From the NCBI GenBank assembly GCA_965228855.1, contig CBDDIJ010000002.1:2048001-2112000 (forward strand): DNA of 64,000 nt, given 5' to 3'. A program made the position numbers and the translations under genes. The notes under the pieces were generated by a model that searched no databases, had not been told where the DNA came from, and saw only the letters and a program-made list of their open reading frames with translations. Every line of letters starts with the position of its first letter. Position 1 is the stretch's first letter. Of this stretch, positions 1-9,705 are shown in pieces. This stretch comes from Candidatus Obscuribacterales bacterium (GTDB taxonomy: Bacteria; Cyanobacteriota; Vampirovibrionia; Obscuribacterales; Obscuribacteraceae).

Positions 1-672
1 TTTGAATCTGGGCATTACATGGACGCGAACGGTCCACTGTGTCTGGAGACAGAAACCGACATCACGGCGATGGTTTTCGCTGAAGATCCCGAGATGCCGA
101 GTAAGGACACTCCAAACGGACGCGTCACTTTTCTGCAGGTAGTTGGTATTACGCGCGATGAATTGAAGGCAATTAAACAGTGGCACTCAATGCCGGTGCT
201 GAAGTTGCTTGCCCGTGACAATCCGTTTTTAATCACGGATTTGAAACGCGTTTCAATTATGACGCAACCGGATGTGGTGGCAGCCGTAAATGAAGGCATA
301 ACTCGTGATGGTTCATCCACCGGCATGCTCTTTGTCGATCCGTTGAATTGGAAGATTGCCGGAATGCCGCGCAAGAGTTGCACGATATCTGTGGGCTCAC
401 TGATTGTGCCTGAACTCAAGGCAATCGTACCTGCCCGACTCGGTCATGATAAGCCACTGATGCTGTTCGGCAACGATGCGAGGATTTCGCTGGTACCCGC
501 TTCCGAGACTAAATTTGAACCGGATGATGCTGGTCTCCGGTTAGAACTGACCAAATCTGACATGGAAGCTTTTATGGAAAAGATGCAGGCTGTGGCTGGT
601 GTTTATGATGTTCTGCCTGGAGTTAAGGTGGAAGTGATCAAGCAGGTGATTCAGGATGCGGATGCGGGCTAG
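1..672 (+). CDS. Suppressor-of-fused (SUFU) domain protein, 5'-truncated by the window edge
   Basis: Frame is open from base 1 (FESGHYMDANGPL...). The segment AMVFAEDPEMP..DTPNGRVTFLQVVGITRDEL is typical of bacterial SUFU-like proteins. Confidence 0.8.
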   Translation, partial: FESGHYMDANGPLCLETETDITAMVFAEDPEMPSKDTPNGRVTFLQVVGITRDELKAIKQWHSMPVLKLLARDNPFLITDLKRVSIMTQPDVVAAVNEGITRDGSSTGMLFVDPLNWKIAGMPRKSCTISVGSLIVPELKAIVPARLGHDKPLMLFGNDARISLVPASETKFEPDDAGLRLELTKSDMEAFMEKMQAVAGVYDVLPGVKVEVIKQVIQDADAG

Positions 673-680
673 TTTGTCGG

Positions 681-1505
681 GTGATGCGGATGAATCTTTA
701 TATGTGGAAATCGGTCATCCTCCTCAGTTGTTTTGTGGTTTTCGAATTGATGGCTTCGCCTGCGAATGCTGCCGACGCCTGGTTATTTAAACAGCAGCGT
801 GCCGGTGAACCGCTTGAAGTAATTGTGAGCAAGAACGCCGTCAAAGCCACCTTGCCTTCGCGAGGCTGGGCGATGGTAGCGGCGGCGCCGGACTGGACTG
901 CAAAAACTTTCAATACTCACTCGAAACTGTATTTCGATGTGCCCTACAAAAGCTGGGTGAGGATGAGCTGTATAGATCGGTTCACTGATGCGTTAGAAGT
1001 CTACGAACATGCCGATAAGTTGCAAACCCTGCTATCTAAGATTGAAGGAAGGGGCGATACTGCTCGTCTTCGCGTCATTTACAAGGCTCGAGGCGAGGAG
1101 GTCGGCGGTAAGTCCTGGATTGGGGGTATGAGCTCGCTCGACAAGAAAATCGATAACACCAAGCCTGAGCGCGTCAAAGATTACACCTGCATGTACGCTT
1201 CGAAAATCGGCTGTGAGCAAGCGTTCAAAGTGCTTTGTTCGCTGTCGATTGTGCCGCCGAATGCAGGCGTTCCGCTTCGATATTGTGCGAATCTCGAAAA
1301 TGGTCAAACTCTCGTTCGTCTTGCAACATTTTCGGCTAAGCCGTTTAAATCAGACAAATCGACGTTCGCCGTACCTCGGGGTCTTGCTAAAGCCGAGAAC
1401 CAGCGCCAGGTCGCGATAGGTGTTGATCAGCAGGGTTTGGATGAAATGATGAACGGTTTCGATCTTGGTCGCCCGCTTGGTAAAAGCAAAAAACTCGGCA
1501 ACTGA
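681..1505 (+). CDS. Secreted hypothetical protein (paralog of 32107..32997)
   Basis: 274-aa ORF with a signal peptide ending ASPANA-A. Shares VAxAPDW and G(V/F)PL motifs with the ORF at 32107..32997. Confidence 0.7.
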   Translation: MMRMNLYMWKSVILLSCFVVFELMASPANAADAWLFKQQRAGEPLEVIVSKNAVKATLPSRGWAMVAAAPDWTAKTFNTHSKLYFDVPYKSWVRMSCIDRFTDALEVYEHADKLQTLLSKIEGRGDTARLRVIYKARGEEVGGKSWIGGMSSLDKKIDNTKPERVKDYTCMYASKIGCEQAFKVLCSLSIVPPNAGVPLRYCANLENGQTLVRLATFSAKPFKSDKSTFAVPRGLAKAENQRQVAIGVDQQGLDEMMNGFDLGRPLGKSKKLGN

Positions 1506-1567
1506 CGTTTCAGTCTCAAACGCTTCGATTCAATAGAAGCGGACTCTCAGCTGACTCATGAGCAATT

Positions 1568-2041
1568 CTATTTTGTGTCTTGCCCGAAGGTCATGCCTTG
1601 AAATCCCGCATCGCCGCCGATTGCGGGATTACTTTCGCGTTTCTTCGCTGCTTCGATCGTTTTGAACTCGGGTGAAAACGCCATCACTTCAATCAGAATG
1701 CCCACTAATGAAGCGCTTAACAGGACGGGGATGAGAAATGTGCGTTCGAATTTCGATACTTGCAATTTGTCTTTTACGCAGAGAGCAATCACTAGCATCA
1801 CCAGTGGTGCCAGGCTGACCCAGAGGTGTTGCGTGTGGAATTGCTGGCGCTCCTGCCAGACCCAGCCTAAGACTATGCTCGTGAATACTAACGAAGCTGC
1901 GATGGCTTTGAACGATACGCCTTTCGATGTTGTAAGTCTAACGAGCGCCCAGATTACAATTGCAATATCGAAGGCGCCAAGCCCCTGCGCTCCGAACATC
2001 CAGAAATAGAATGTGTCCATAAACTCGATTATCCCAGGCAA
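1568..2041 (-). CDS. Small multi-pass membrane protein, unknown function
   Basis: 157-aa ORF with about 4 hydrophobic segments, co-oriented downstream of the VanW gene. Confidence 0.6.
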   Translation of the reverse strand: MPGIIEFMDTFYFWMFGAQGLGAFDIAIVIWALVRLTTSKGVSFKAIAASLVFTSIVLGWVWQERQQFHTQHLWVSLAPLVMLVIALCVKDKLQVSKFERTFLIPVLLSASLVGILIEVMAFSPEFKTIEAAKKRESNPAIGGDAGFQGMTFGQDTK

Positions 2042-2124
2042 TCGTCTCTCACGGCATCATCTGAACAACAGATGCGTGAATGACCGAATTGAGTAACAGC
2101 ACTCCGGATTTATTATACCCTTAG

Positions 2125-2790
2125 CTAGTTATTTCTGGTGCGATCGTACAAATCTTGCGAAACTGGCTCCAGTGCATCGCCCTTCTGGAGATACACCGCT
2201 ACTGCGACCTGCCGTGCAGACGCTGGATTTTCCTTGCGAATTATTCTTCGGGATAGCACGTTCTTCGAACCGAGGATTGAAACGTCTACGCTGTAGAAGT
2301 TCGCTTTGCACTGAATTTTGACAGGTTCGTTCGTCTCATTTTTGAACTTCAGATCCTGGCGTCCGTACCATACTGTGGCGTCAAGCCCGGGAAGGACCGT
2401 CGAGATCGTTCGCGAATGAGGAGTTCGTTCCTCAATCTTTAAACCGGATTCAAGTGCCGCTTTGTAGATCAGTGATGAAACCAAACAAACGCCACCGCCC
2501 TCGGTGCTGGCGGTACCATTTCCTAAGTAGGTCGGCGCGGCAACGAAGCCGCGTTCATATGTTCGCGGCCCTACGACGCGATTGAATGAGAAGGTTTCGC
2601 CCGGACGAAGAACATATTCGTCGATTCTCCGACAAGCCTGTCCGATATTTACCTTTGACTTACGGTTTAAAGAGGTGATTCTGCTGTGAGCCTGTCCGAC
2701 TGTAGTTTGGCATGGTCGATCTTGCCAGTAACACAGAAGTATCACGAGAGGCAGAAGTATGATCAGATAGGACTTGTCCATCTTGATCAT
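2125..2790 (-). CDS. VanW family protein with N-terminal membrane anchor
   Basis: Motifs PGETFSFNRVVGPR, GGGVCLVSS, ERTPHS, PGLDATV and DLKFKN. Start overlaps the macroglobulin stop (ATGA). Confidence 0.9.
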   Translation of the reverse strand: MIKMDKSYLIILLPLVILLCYWQDRPCQTTVGQAHSRITSLNRKSKVNIGQACRRIDEYVLRPGETFSFNRVVGPRTYERGFVAAPTYLGNGTASTEGGGVCLVSSLIYKAALESGLKIEERTPHSRTISTVLPGLDATVWYGRQDLKFKNETNEPVKIQCKANFYSVDVSILGSKNVLSRRIIRKENPASARQVAVAVYLQKGDALEPVSQDLYDRTRNN

Positions 2791-5700
2791 TTTATTGTCA
2801 GCTCCTCAGACACGGTGTAGCCGCGGATGAGCTTGGTGTACATTCCAGCTAGCGAGACCGGGTTGACGTTGACCTTGCCCGGCAGCTCCATTCTTAACAG
2901 GCAGCTGAACTCTTTCTTGCCTGCCGGAATAGTCGTGCCGAAAAATACGATTTTATCGTCCAGGATATCCTGGTGTGACCACCAGGTTCCACCCCAGTCA
3001 CCGGATATAGTGGCGCTCGAATCTGAGCCTTCGTCTACCGCTTGTTGGGCGCCGCGGCTCTTAACCACTTCAGCACCGCTAGGCAGCGGGCATTCTACGA
3101 TCACATATGGCATCGAAATCGGGCTGTCGACCAATACCTTCATCAGTATGGTTTCGCCGGCCTTGATAGTGCCGCCGTTAAAGGGTTTCGAAACCACTTT
3201 CAAAACGCCGTCAGTGCCTGCCGGTTGAGATTCTAGCCGGTAGAATGTGCGCGACATCGTCAGACCGGCTGGGCTGTTCTTTACGGGGACCGCTTCCCCA
3301 GGTTTCATCGTTTTCGTGTAGCTGAGAATGGTGTTGTAATACAGCTTACCCATTCCAACTTTCTGCAGTTGAACAGCTCCAGTGGCAGGTTTGAAAGTCG
3401 GTAGCGCGAATGATTTTTCTTTGCTGAAACGCTCGCCGCCGGAGAAAGAAATTTCTGTTTGCAGCACGTTGTCCATCAGGACTCTAGCCGAAACCGTCTC
3501 TCCGCTGTTCGCGGCGCTCATGAGCGCGTCGTCCAGGAGGGCGCGCAGAACCTCGCTGGTTGTCTTGGTATTGCACCAGCCGTCGCGATCGCGATGAAGC
3601 ATCATCCACATCTTTATCTGCTCCAGCAGGTCTGTTTTGTCAGACTTGTTAGCCAGCATTGCGCGGAAAGCCAGCGCCGTTGTTTCCTCTCCTGTGTAGC
3701 GGTAGGACCAGTCAGTGACACCAACTAGTTTCAATCGCTTCAACATCGCATCAGTGTGTTCCCAGTCAACTGTAGCATCCGATTTGTTTGCGATAGCGAT
3801 CAAACGATCACTGGCTTTCTGAGCGGATTCTGTTTCGCCCAGGTTTTTGAACGCAAGTGCTGCGTATGCTAATGGCTCAGGCGTGAAAGCTGGTATCTCT
3901 TTCTTGAGCCATGCAATCACAGATGGTGTCGGTTTAGCCTTGTAGACGCTCATGCAATAAACCAATCTAGCCATATCGCAGCGGCGCGTTTCGGCGTTCC
4001 AGTCCTTAACGAGTTTCGGATCGGAAAGTTGTTTCTCCAGGGCAGTAGTGTTGTCCTGCAGCCACTTCAGACCACGAGTTTGCATTGATTGATCTACGCT
4101 GTAGCCGGCATCTTTCAAGAGATAGAGGCCTTCGAGAACAAGCGAAGTCATATAAGGATCGCTCGCGTCGTCCTTCCACCAACCCCAACCGCCGTCGGAA
4201 TGTTGGTGCTCAGACAATTTAGCCATTCCCATCTGACGAACCTTCTCGAATCGTTTAATCGATTCTGGAAGCAAGGGAACGTTCAACTTCTTGTTTAACT
4301 GCATCGCGACGATTGATGGCATAAAGCGCGACATCGTTTGCTCTGTACAACCGTATGGGTAGTCGATCAGCGAGTCGAAAGTGCCCTGCACCTGACCAAT
4401 CACCGATCCGGCAAGATTTACTTGCATCTTTGGTGAGAAGACCTGCCCCACTTCGGCGTGCGAAATCTGAACAGACGGAGTAGCATCGGTCAGGACGCCG
4501 GAGTCTGCATTGAACAATGGGATGCCCAGTGAGTTTACGGGAAGTTTTCTCTCCAGGTAATCTCCGCCCGTCTGACCTTGAGCTTTCACGCGAATCATGC
4601 CGACACCAGGTTTTGCAATCGATACGGGCCAGGTGAATTTGCCAACCTTCTCAGGCTCAACTGACAGATTCTGTGCTAGTGGCAGGTTGGTTTTGAACTG
4701 ATCGGAAACCGTGAGGGTGAGAGTGATGTTTTGCTTTTGATCCGAGTAGTTATGAACCACGGCGGAAATTTCTCCGCCATCACCTTCGGTGTAGAAGCGT
4801 GGCAATGCCAGACGCGCGATGATGTCTTGCGTCACCAGGATTGATTGCGTCGTGGCTCCGACATCGCAGTTCATGCTGACACCGCGGACAGTGGCGCGCC
4901 AGGTTGTGAGATTGTCGGGAAGTACAACATTGGCGGTGACAACACCGTTTGAATCGGTCACGAGGTGCGGAAGCCATGCTGCCGTGTCCTTGAAATTCTT
5001 ACGAAGCCTGGGCTCGTCCAGCGTTTTGTCCGGACCACCGGAATAGCTCTCCGGGAAGGAGCAGAATGTGCTCACTCGATTGGAGCGCTGGTTGTAGAAC
5101 TTCTTGCGAATATCGCCGGCGTTTTCCGGCCTGATGCTATAGATGCTCTCATCGACGACGCCCAGTGAAACTTCTGTGTTCGGTGCCGGTCGACCATCTT
5201 CGTATGTCGCCTTAATCGTATATTTTGCCGTCTCACCGGCTTTGTATTTCGGTTTGTCAGTTTCGATAGCGAGCTTCAAGAAATGATCTTTTGGTGAAAC
5301 CTTGAGCATCTCTGTGCTTGCGTAGAACTGCTTTTTCTTTGCGACCATGGTTACGCCAACGAAGACATTCGGCGCGTATGCTTTGTCGATCGGAATCTCC
5401 ACCAGATTCGCAGTTGCTTTGAGCGGAACAATGCGGTGGCTATATAGAGTTGTTCCTTCTACGGTGACGAGCGCATCGTAGCCTTCTTTGCCGGTGAATG
5501 GCCCTGAAATCATCACACGGGCGGTGTCACCAACGGTGTAAACGCTCTTGTTGAGGGAGATCTTGAAAGATTGCTTCTCTGAATCGCCGCGATAGAACGG
5601 GTACGAATCGCTTGCTACCCAGATAGAGCCGGTATCAAGTATGGTGTCACCCTTGGCGTCTTTAGCCGTGGCTGTGATATAAAAAGTGTCGGTCGGCCAT

Positions 5701-7793
5701 TGCGTGCCGGCGTTTGCTTTGAACAAGACTTTGCCGTCTGGTCCGGTCGTGACGTCGCCTTCGTTTAGAACGACTTCCTTTTCTTCAGTGTGGGTTACTG
5801 CGTTCCAAGGGAAACGTGAAACTTTGACGTGCACTTTCTGATTGGCAAGCGGCTTACCGTCATAGTCGCGAGCTTCTATGGTGGCCTCGACCCCTTCGCC
5901 AGCCCGCACTACATAGTTGGTCGGGTCTACAAACAGGGCGAAATCTCCAGGCGTTACGGAGACATGCCCGCTGCCGGTTACGGTTAGCTGACTTATGTCA
6001 GTGACCTCGGCTTCTATTTTGTAATCGCGCTCGCGATACTCATAGAAGTAGCTGGACGATGCGTAGTTGGGTTCCACTTTCTTGGTGTCGAAAGTAATTG
6101 TTGCCTGACCGTTTTCGTCGGTTTGCGCGACGCCTTCAGTGAGGAAGCTGCCACCATAGTCATAGTCGCCTTCGCCATCATTGTCATTCCAGTCGTCATA
6201 GAATTCTTCGTAAGCTGGTCGTGGTTGCAGCTTATAGCGGATCGAATAGTCCGGCGAAGCATAGACGGAGTATTTGACGCGCGCATTAGCGACTGGTCCG
6301 CCAAAGAAATAGGTAGCGTTTAGTGTGGCCGAAACCTTGCTGCCGGCAGTCACGCGAGGCGCATTCGGTTTGATTTCAATCTTGTATTCAGGCTTTCTGT
6401 ATTGATCTACTTCAAAATATTCGTAGTCGGTATTGCCGGTCGATGCATATGTGAGTTTGCATGAATAGCCGCCGGTCTTGCCCTCTTCAGGGATGTTGAA
6501 CGTGCCATTGAAGGTTCCGAATTTTGTTGTCTTAATAGTTCCCGAATATAATTGAACGTTGGACGGATCCTCGATGACAACGGTAATTTCCTCTCCTTCG
6601 CCGATGTTCTCGAATCCTTTAGCTGTCAGTTGTCTGGCAACTCCTTTGAAGCAAACCGTTTGTCCAAGCCGGTAAATGGGCCTGTCGGTATAGAAGTAAG
6701 TGGTGATGTCATCGCTACTGCCGCCGTAGTAGTAGCCTCCGGCTGCGTAGGCCGTGTGACCTTGACGCTCTCCGATGATCGTCGACTCGTAATTCTCTCC
6801 ATCGCCGTGCTTGATGAATGCGATGCCGTCCGCGCCGGTAGTGGCTTTAGCGAGGACTTTGCTGGCATCCGAATCCTTGGGAATCATGCTCAGATTGACT
6901 CCACTGATACCGGCAAGCGTGTTTAAATCAATCGCGCGAACAAGAGTCCCCTCAGGCGAATGCTTGGCTACAAGCCCGATATCGCTTACCGTGAACCAGG
7001 AAATTGCCGTGCACTGTTTTTCTCCCGTGAGATCTTTGCACTCTGCCACCACGAAGTAATCTCCGGGCGTTAGATCTTTGTCCAGTTTGAAATCAGCTCT
7101 GCTTGAGTCTTCGAAATTGGGCGAGAGGTGGCGTTTGAGCTCTTTGATCGGTTTTTCCGCCGTCGCAAATGGATTGGTCAATTTCGAATTGTATGAACCG
7201 TACAAACTCAAGTCATTCGACATATGCATGTCGACTTTGGGCAAAACATTTATTGCGGTCGATAAAAACGGTTTCTTGTAAAGCTTGACTGTTGCTTCAG
7301 TGGCACCGGTCGCGCGGATCCAGAACGAAGGATTCTCTTGTGTGGTGAAGACGCGCACGTTGCTGGCTATCGTCACGGACGGTTCCAGTACATGCAGTTT
7401 GATCGTATCAGGAAGCGCCTGGATTTTGCCATCTTTAACCTGCACACCCTGGACATATTCGGTTTCGAAACCGGGTGCGCGAACCTTAATTTCGTACTCA
7501 CCGACCGGAAGCTGGTCGATTGTGAATGTGCCGTCTTCCTTTACCCATGCGCCTCGAGCCAGAGTGATGCCGTCTCTGGGTCCAGTCGCCACTGCATAGA
7601 CTTTGTTTTGCCGAATGTCATAGGAATACAATCCGAATTTCTTTTCTTCCAGCGCTATGGACCCGCTCACAGAGCCGGACGGTCGCTGAAGGAAAATCGC
7701 AAGTGCCGCGGCGACTAACGCGTAAAGCAGCATAACTTCCCATGACAGGAAGAGGTTGCGTTGTGGTGATTGATTGGTTTTATCTGTAGACAT
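2787..7793 (-). CDS. Bacterial alpha-2-macroglobulin (MG2/A2M family) with intact thioester motif
   Basis: About 1670 aa with an N-terminal TM helix. Motifs YTDRPIYRLGQTV, LRKNFKDTAAW, LPDNLTTWR, YPYGCTEQ (thioester CxEQ at 4338..4349) and DGGWGWW. Start could be 7793, 7799 or 7802. Confidence 0.95.
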   Translation of the reverse strand: MSTDKTNQSPQRNLFLSWEVMLLYALVAAALAIFLQRPSGSVSGSIALEEKKFGLYSYDIRQNKVYAVATGPRDGITLARGAWVKEDGTFTIDQLPVGEYEIKVRAPGFETEYVQGVQVKDGKIQALPDTIKLHVLEPSVTIASNVRVFTTQENPSFWIRATGATEATVKLYKKPFLSTAINVLPKVDMHMSNDLSLYGSYNSKLTNPFATAEKPIKELKRHLSPNFEDSSRADFKLDKDLTPGDYFVVAECKDLTGEKQCTAISWFTVSDIGLVAKHSPEGTLVRAIDLNTLAGISGVNLSMIPKDSDASKVLAKATTGADGIAFIKHGDGENYESTIIGERQGHTAYAAGGYYYGGSSDDITTYFYTDRPIYRLGQTVCFKGVARQLTAKGFENIGEGEEITVVIEDPSNVQLYSGTIKTTKFGTFNGTFNIPEEGKTGGYSCKLTYASTGNTDYEYFEVDQYRKPEYKIEIKPNAPRVTAGSKVSATLNATYFFGGPVANARVKYSVYASPDYSIRYKLQPRPAYEEFYDDWNDNDGEGDYDYGGSFLTEGVAQTDENGQATITFDTKKVEPNYASSSYFYEYRERDYKIEAEVTDISQLTVTGSGHVSVTPGDFALFVDPTNYVVRAGEGVEATIEARDYDGKPLANQKVHVKVSRFPWNAVTHTEEKEVVLNEGDVTTGPDGKVLFKANAGTQWPTDTFYITATAKDAKGDTILDTGSIWVASDSYPFYRGDSEKQSFKISLNKSVYTVGDTARVMISGPFTGKEGYDALVTVEGTTLYSHRIVPLKATANLVEIPIDKAYAPNVFVGVTMVAKKKQFYASTEMLKVSPKDHFLKLAIETDKPKYKAGETAKYTIKATYEDGRPAPNTEVSLGVVDESIYSIRPENAGDIRKKFYNQRSNRVSTFCSFPESYSGGPDKTLDEPRLRKNFKDTAAWLPHLVTDSNGVVTANVVLPDNLTTWRATVRGVSMNCDVGATTQSILVTQDIIARLALPRFYTEGDGGEISAVVHNYSDQKQNITLTLTVSDQFKTNLPLAQNLSVEPEKVGKFTWPVSIAKPGVGMIRVKAQGQTGGDYLERKLPVNSLGIPLFNADSGVLTDATPSVQISHAEVGQVFSPKMQVNLAGSVIGQVQGTFDSLIDYPYGCTEQTMSRFMPSIVAMQLNKKLNVPLLPESIKRFEKVRQMGMAKLSEHQHSDGGWGWWKDDASDPYMTSLVLEGLYLLKDAGYSVDQSMQTRGLKWLQDNTTALEKQLSDPKLVKDWNAETRRCDMARLVYCMSVYKAKPTPSVIAWLKKEIPAFTPEPLAYAALAFKNLGETESAQKASDRLIAIANKSDATVDWEHTDAMLKRLKLVGVTDWSYRYTGEETTALAFRAMLANKSDKTDLLEQIKMWMMLHRDRDGWCNTKTTSEVLRALLDDALMSAANSGETVSARVLMDNVLQTEISFSGGERFSKEKSFALPTFKPATGAVQLQKVGMGKLYYNTILSYTKTMKPGEAVPVKNSPAGLTMSRTFYRLESQPAGTDGVLKVVSKPFNGGTIKAGETILMKVLVDSPISMPYVIVECPLPSGAEVVKSRGAQQAVDEGSDSSATISGDWGGTWWSHQDILDDKIVFFGTTIPAGKKEFSCLLRMELPGKVNVNPVSLAGMYTKLIRGYTVSEELTIK

Positions 7794-8583
7794 CGGCATC
7801 AATTCTGTACAGTTGGCATTGTTGGGATGATGGGATTCCGGCTTTTAGTTTGGTTTTCACCAGCTGATAGTGAGGGTCGCTCGCTTCACCCGGTAATAGA
7901 ACCGCTCCTTTGCCTCCGGCTCGCACCATTAGACCTTGTTTCAAAGGCTGCATGGTACTTATGGAGTTTATAGGAACGATCCTCTTTACTACGGTTACTT
8001 GAGGTATAAGTAGATTAATCTCGCTCTTTTTTATTTTTGAATATCGGTAGTCCTTGTTTAACGCATCTTCAGTTGTGTAGATCGTGGATTCGACGAGGTT
8101 TTTGTGAGTGGCAGCCACATTGCCCCAGCAGGCCCGCGTATCGCCGTTTTTGATCAAGGTGATAAACAGTCCCGCGTTTTTCTGATGATGTTTTTTGACG
8201 GAAAATCTTTTTGCAAGCTCGTCAAGTGAAAGCGTCCTCCAGCTTTCGTTTTCATCTGCACCGAAGTGGTGAAGAATCGTGAGCCGTGCAATCTCGGGTA
8301 ACGATGCGTCGATTGTCCCACCGATAGTTTCCTTTGAAAACATTGTCTTTCTGCCGCTAGACTTGCCTTTCGGCACTTCTGTTTGATTTACGTGTTGCTC
8401 GATGTTTTTAGTGAGGAGGGTTTCATTGAAGGCTGGCGCTGCGAATATTGTTTCGAAAGAGCTGATGGGCGGCTTGATCTGCAGCGATTTTTCAATCTCT
8501 CCATTACAATATGGCGACCATTCAAGTGTGACGGCAAGACATAACAAGGTCGTCAGGCATAGTAAGACAGATTGCATTAGCAC
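7780..8583 (-). CDS. AMMECR1-domain protein with N-terminal hydrophobic signal/anchor
   Basis: GLFITL..NGDTRACWG (variant of LRGCIG), DYRYSKI (DPRF-like), GLMVRAGGKGAVLLPGE and KTKLKAGI. Stop overlaps the A2M start. Confidence 0.8.
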   Translation of the reverse strand: MLMQSVLLCLTTLLCLAVTLEWSPYCNGEIEKSLQIKPPISSFETIFAAPAFNETLLTKNIEQHVNQTEVPKGKSSGRKTMFSKETIGGTIDASLPEIARLTILHHFGADENESWRTLSLDELAKRFSVKKHHQKNAGLFITLIKNGDTRACWGNVAATHKNLVESTIYTTEDALNKDYRYSKIKKSEINLLIPQVTVVKRIVPINSISTMQPLKQGLMVRAGGKGAVLLPGEASDPHYQLVKTKLKAGIPSSQQCQLYRIDADVYR

Positions 8584-8718
8584 TCTCTCGTTGCTTGTGA
8601 AAGATCTACGGAGCCCTGGAGACTATTATGGGAGTGCTCCGCTAAACTGTTGGAAACCGCAGGTTGAAACCGTGTGAGATGATTGTAAACTTTGTCGCGG
8701 AGAAAAATTCGATTCTTG

Positions 8719-9705
8719 ATGGCACGCAAAGATGATACGGCAAAACAGGCGGAAAGCCTCAACAGACGACGGTTTCTGAAGTCGATGTTTGGGCTCGGCG
8801 GTGCGCTGGAGGCAACTCAGAGCGAACCTGAAGAGGCTGCCGCAGCTAATCCGAGTTCCAAGAAGGCAGTGAAATCTTCCGCTGCGACAGGGGCTCTATT
8901 TTTCTGGGCTGATTTGCAAAATGGCAACGTCGGTTTTCCATCGGGGCTACAAGTGCCGCATTCGCGTGCCGGTAGTGTTATGAAGTTGATCACTGCAGCA
9001 TGTCTTTTAGAGGAAGGCGTTTTTAATCCGAACGAAACAGAAGAATGCACGGGGTCGGTCTCTATCGGCGGGGAAACTTATGGCTGCGGAAAAGGGCATG
9101 GAATCCTGACAATCGATCAGGCGATCGCGCTATCGTGCAATGTGTTTTTTGCGAAAGTGTCGCGCAAAATAGGTCCGATGGCGATCATCGATTACGCCAG
9201 GAAGTTCGGAATGGATTCACCTGCAGCCGGCTTCAAATGTGGTGCCTTTCCCACTAAACCGAAAGCTTCGACAGCTAGATACGCGCTGGGTCTGTCGGAC
9301 GATATGCAGCCAAGCGCTCTCCAAATGCTTAGGCTGGCTGCTATCTTCGGAACTGAAGGCAAGGTGCCGGCTATGAAAAACGCGGGCATGTTTGATGTGA
9401 ATGATCTGAGTATCAAACCGTTTTCACTGGATTTAAGAGAGACGACGTTTCGCCGAATTCGTAAGGGAATGGTCCTAGCCTGTGAGCAAGGTACAGCAAT
9501 GAAGCTTGATCCCGAGCACAAATTGAAAGTCGCAGCTAAGACGGGAACCGTTCCTCATGGGAAGAACTTTGAATCTTGGGTAATTGGTTATTTCCCATAC
9601 GATAAGCCTGTACATGCCTTTTGCTTGTTTGCACCATCAGGAACCAGTCGCGATAGCGCCGTGCCGCAAGCTCGCGATAAGCTGATGTCGGTTTACTGGC
9701 CGTGA
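8719..9705 (+). CDS. Penicillin-binding transpeptidase-domain-only protein with twin-arginine motif
   Basis: SxxK (GSVMK), SxN (LSCN) and KTG (AKTGT) all present. N-terminal NRRRFLK; no dimerisation or transglycosylase domain. Alternative TTG start at 8692. Confidence 0.85.
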   Translation: MARKDDTAKQAESLNRRRFLKSMFGLGGALEATQSEPEEAAAANPSSKKAVKSSAATGALFFWADLQNGNVGFPSGLQVPHSRAGSVMKLITAACLLEEGVFNPNETEECTGSVSIGGETYGCGKGHGILTIDQAIALSCNVFFAKVSRKIGPMAIIDYARKFGMDSPAAGFKCGAFPTKPKASTARYALGLSDDMQPSALQMLRLAAIFGTEGKVPAMKNAGMFDVNDLSIKPFSLDLRETTFRRIRKGMVLACEQGTAMKLDPEHKLKVAAKTGTVPHGKNFESWVIGYFPYDKPVHAFCLFAPSGTSRDSAVPQARDKLMSVYWP

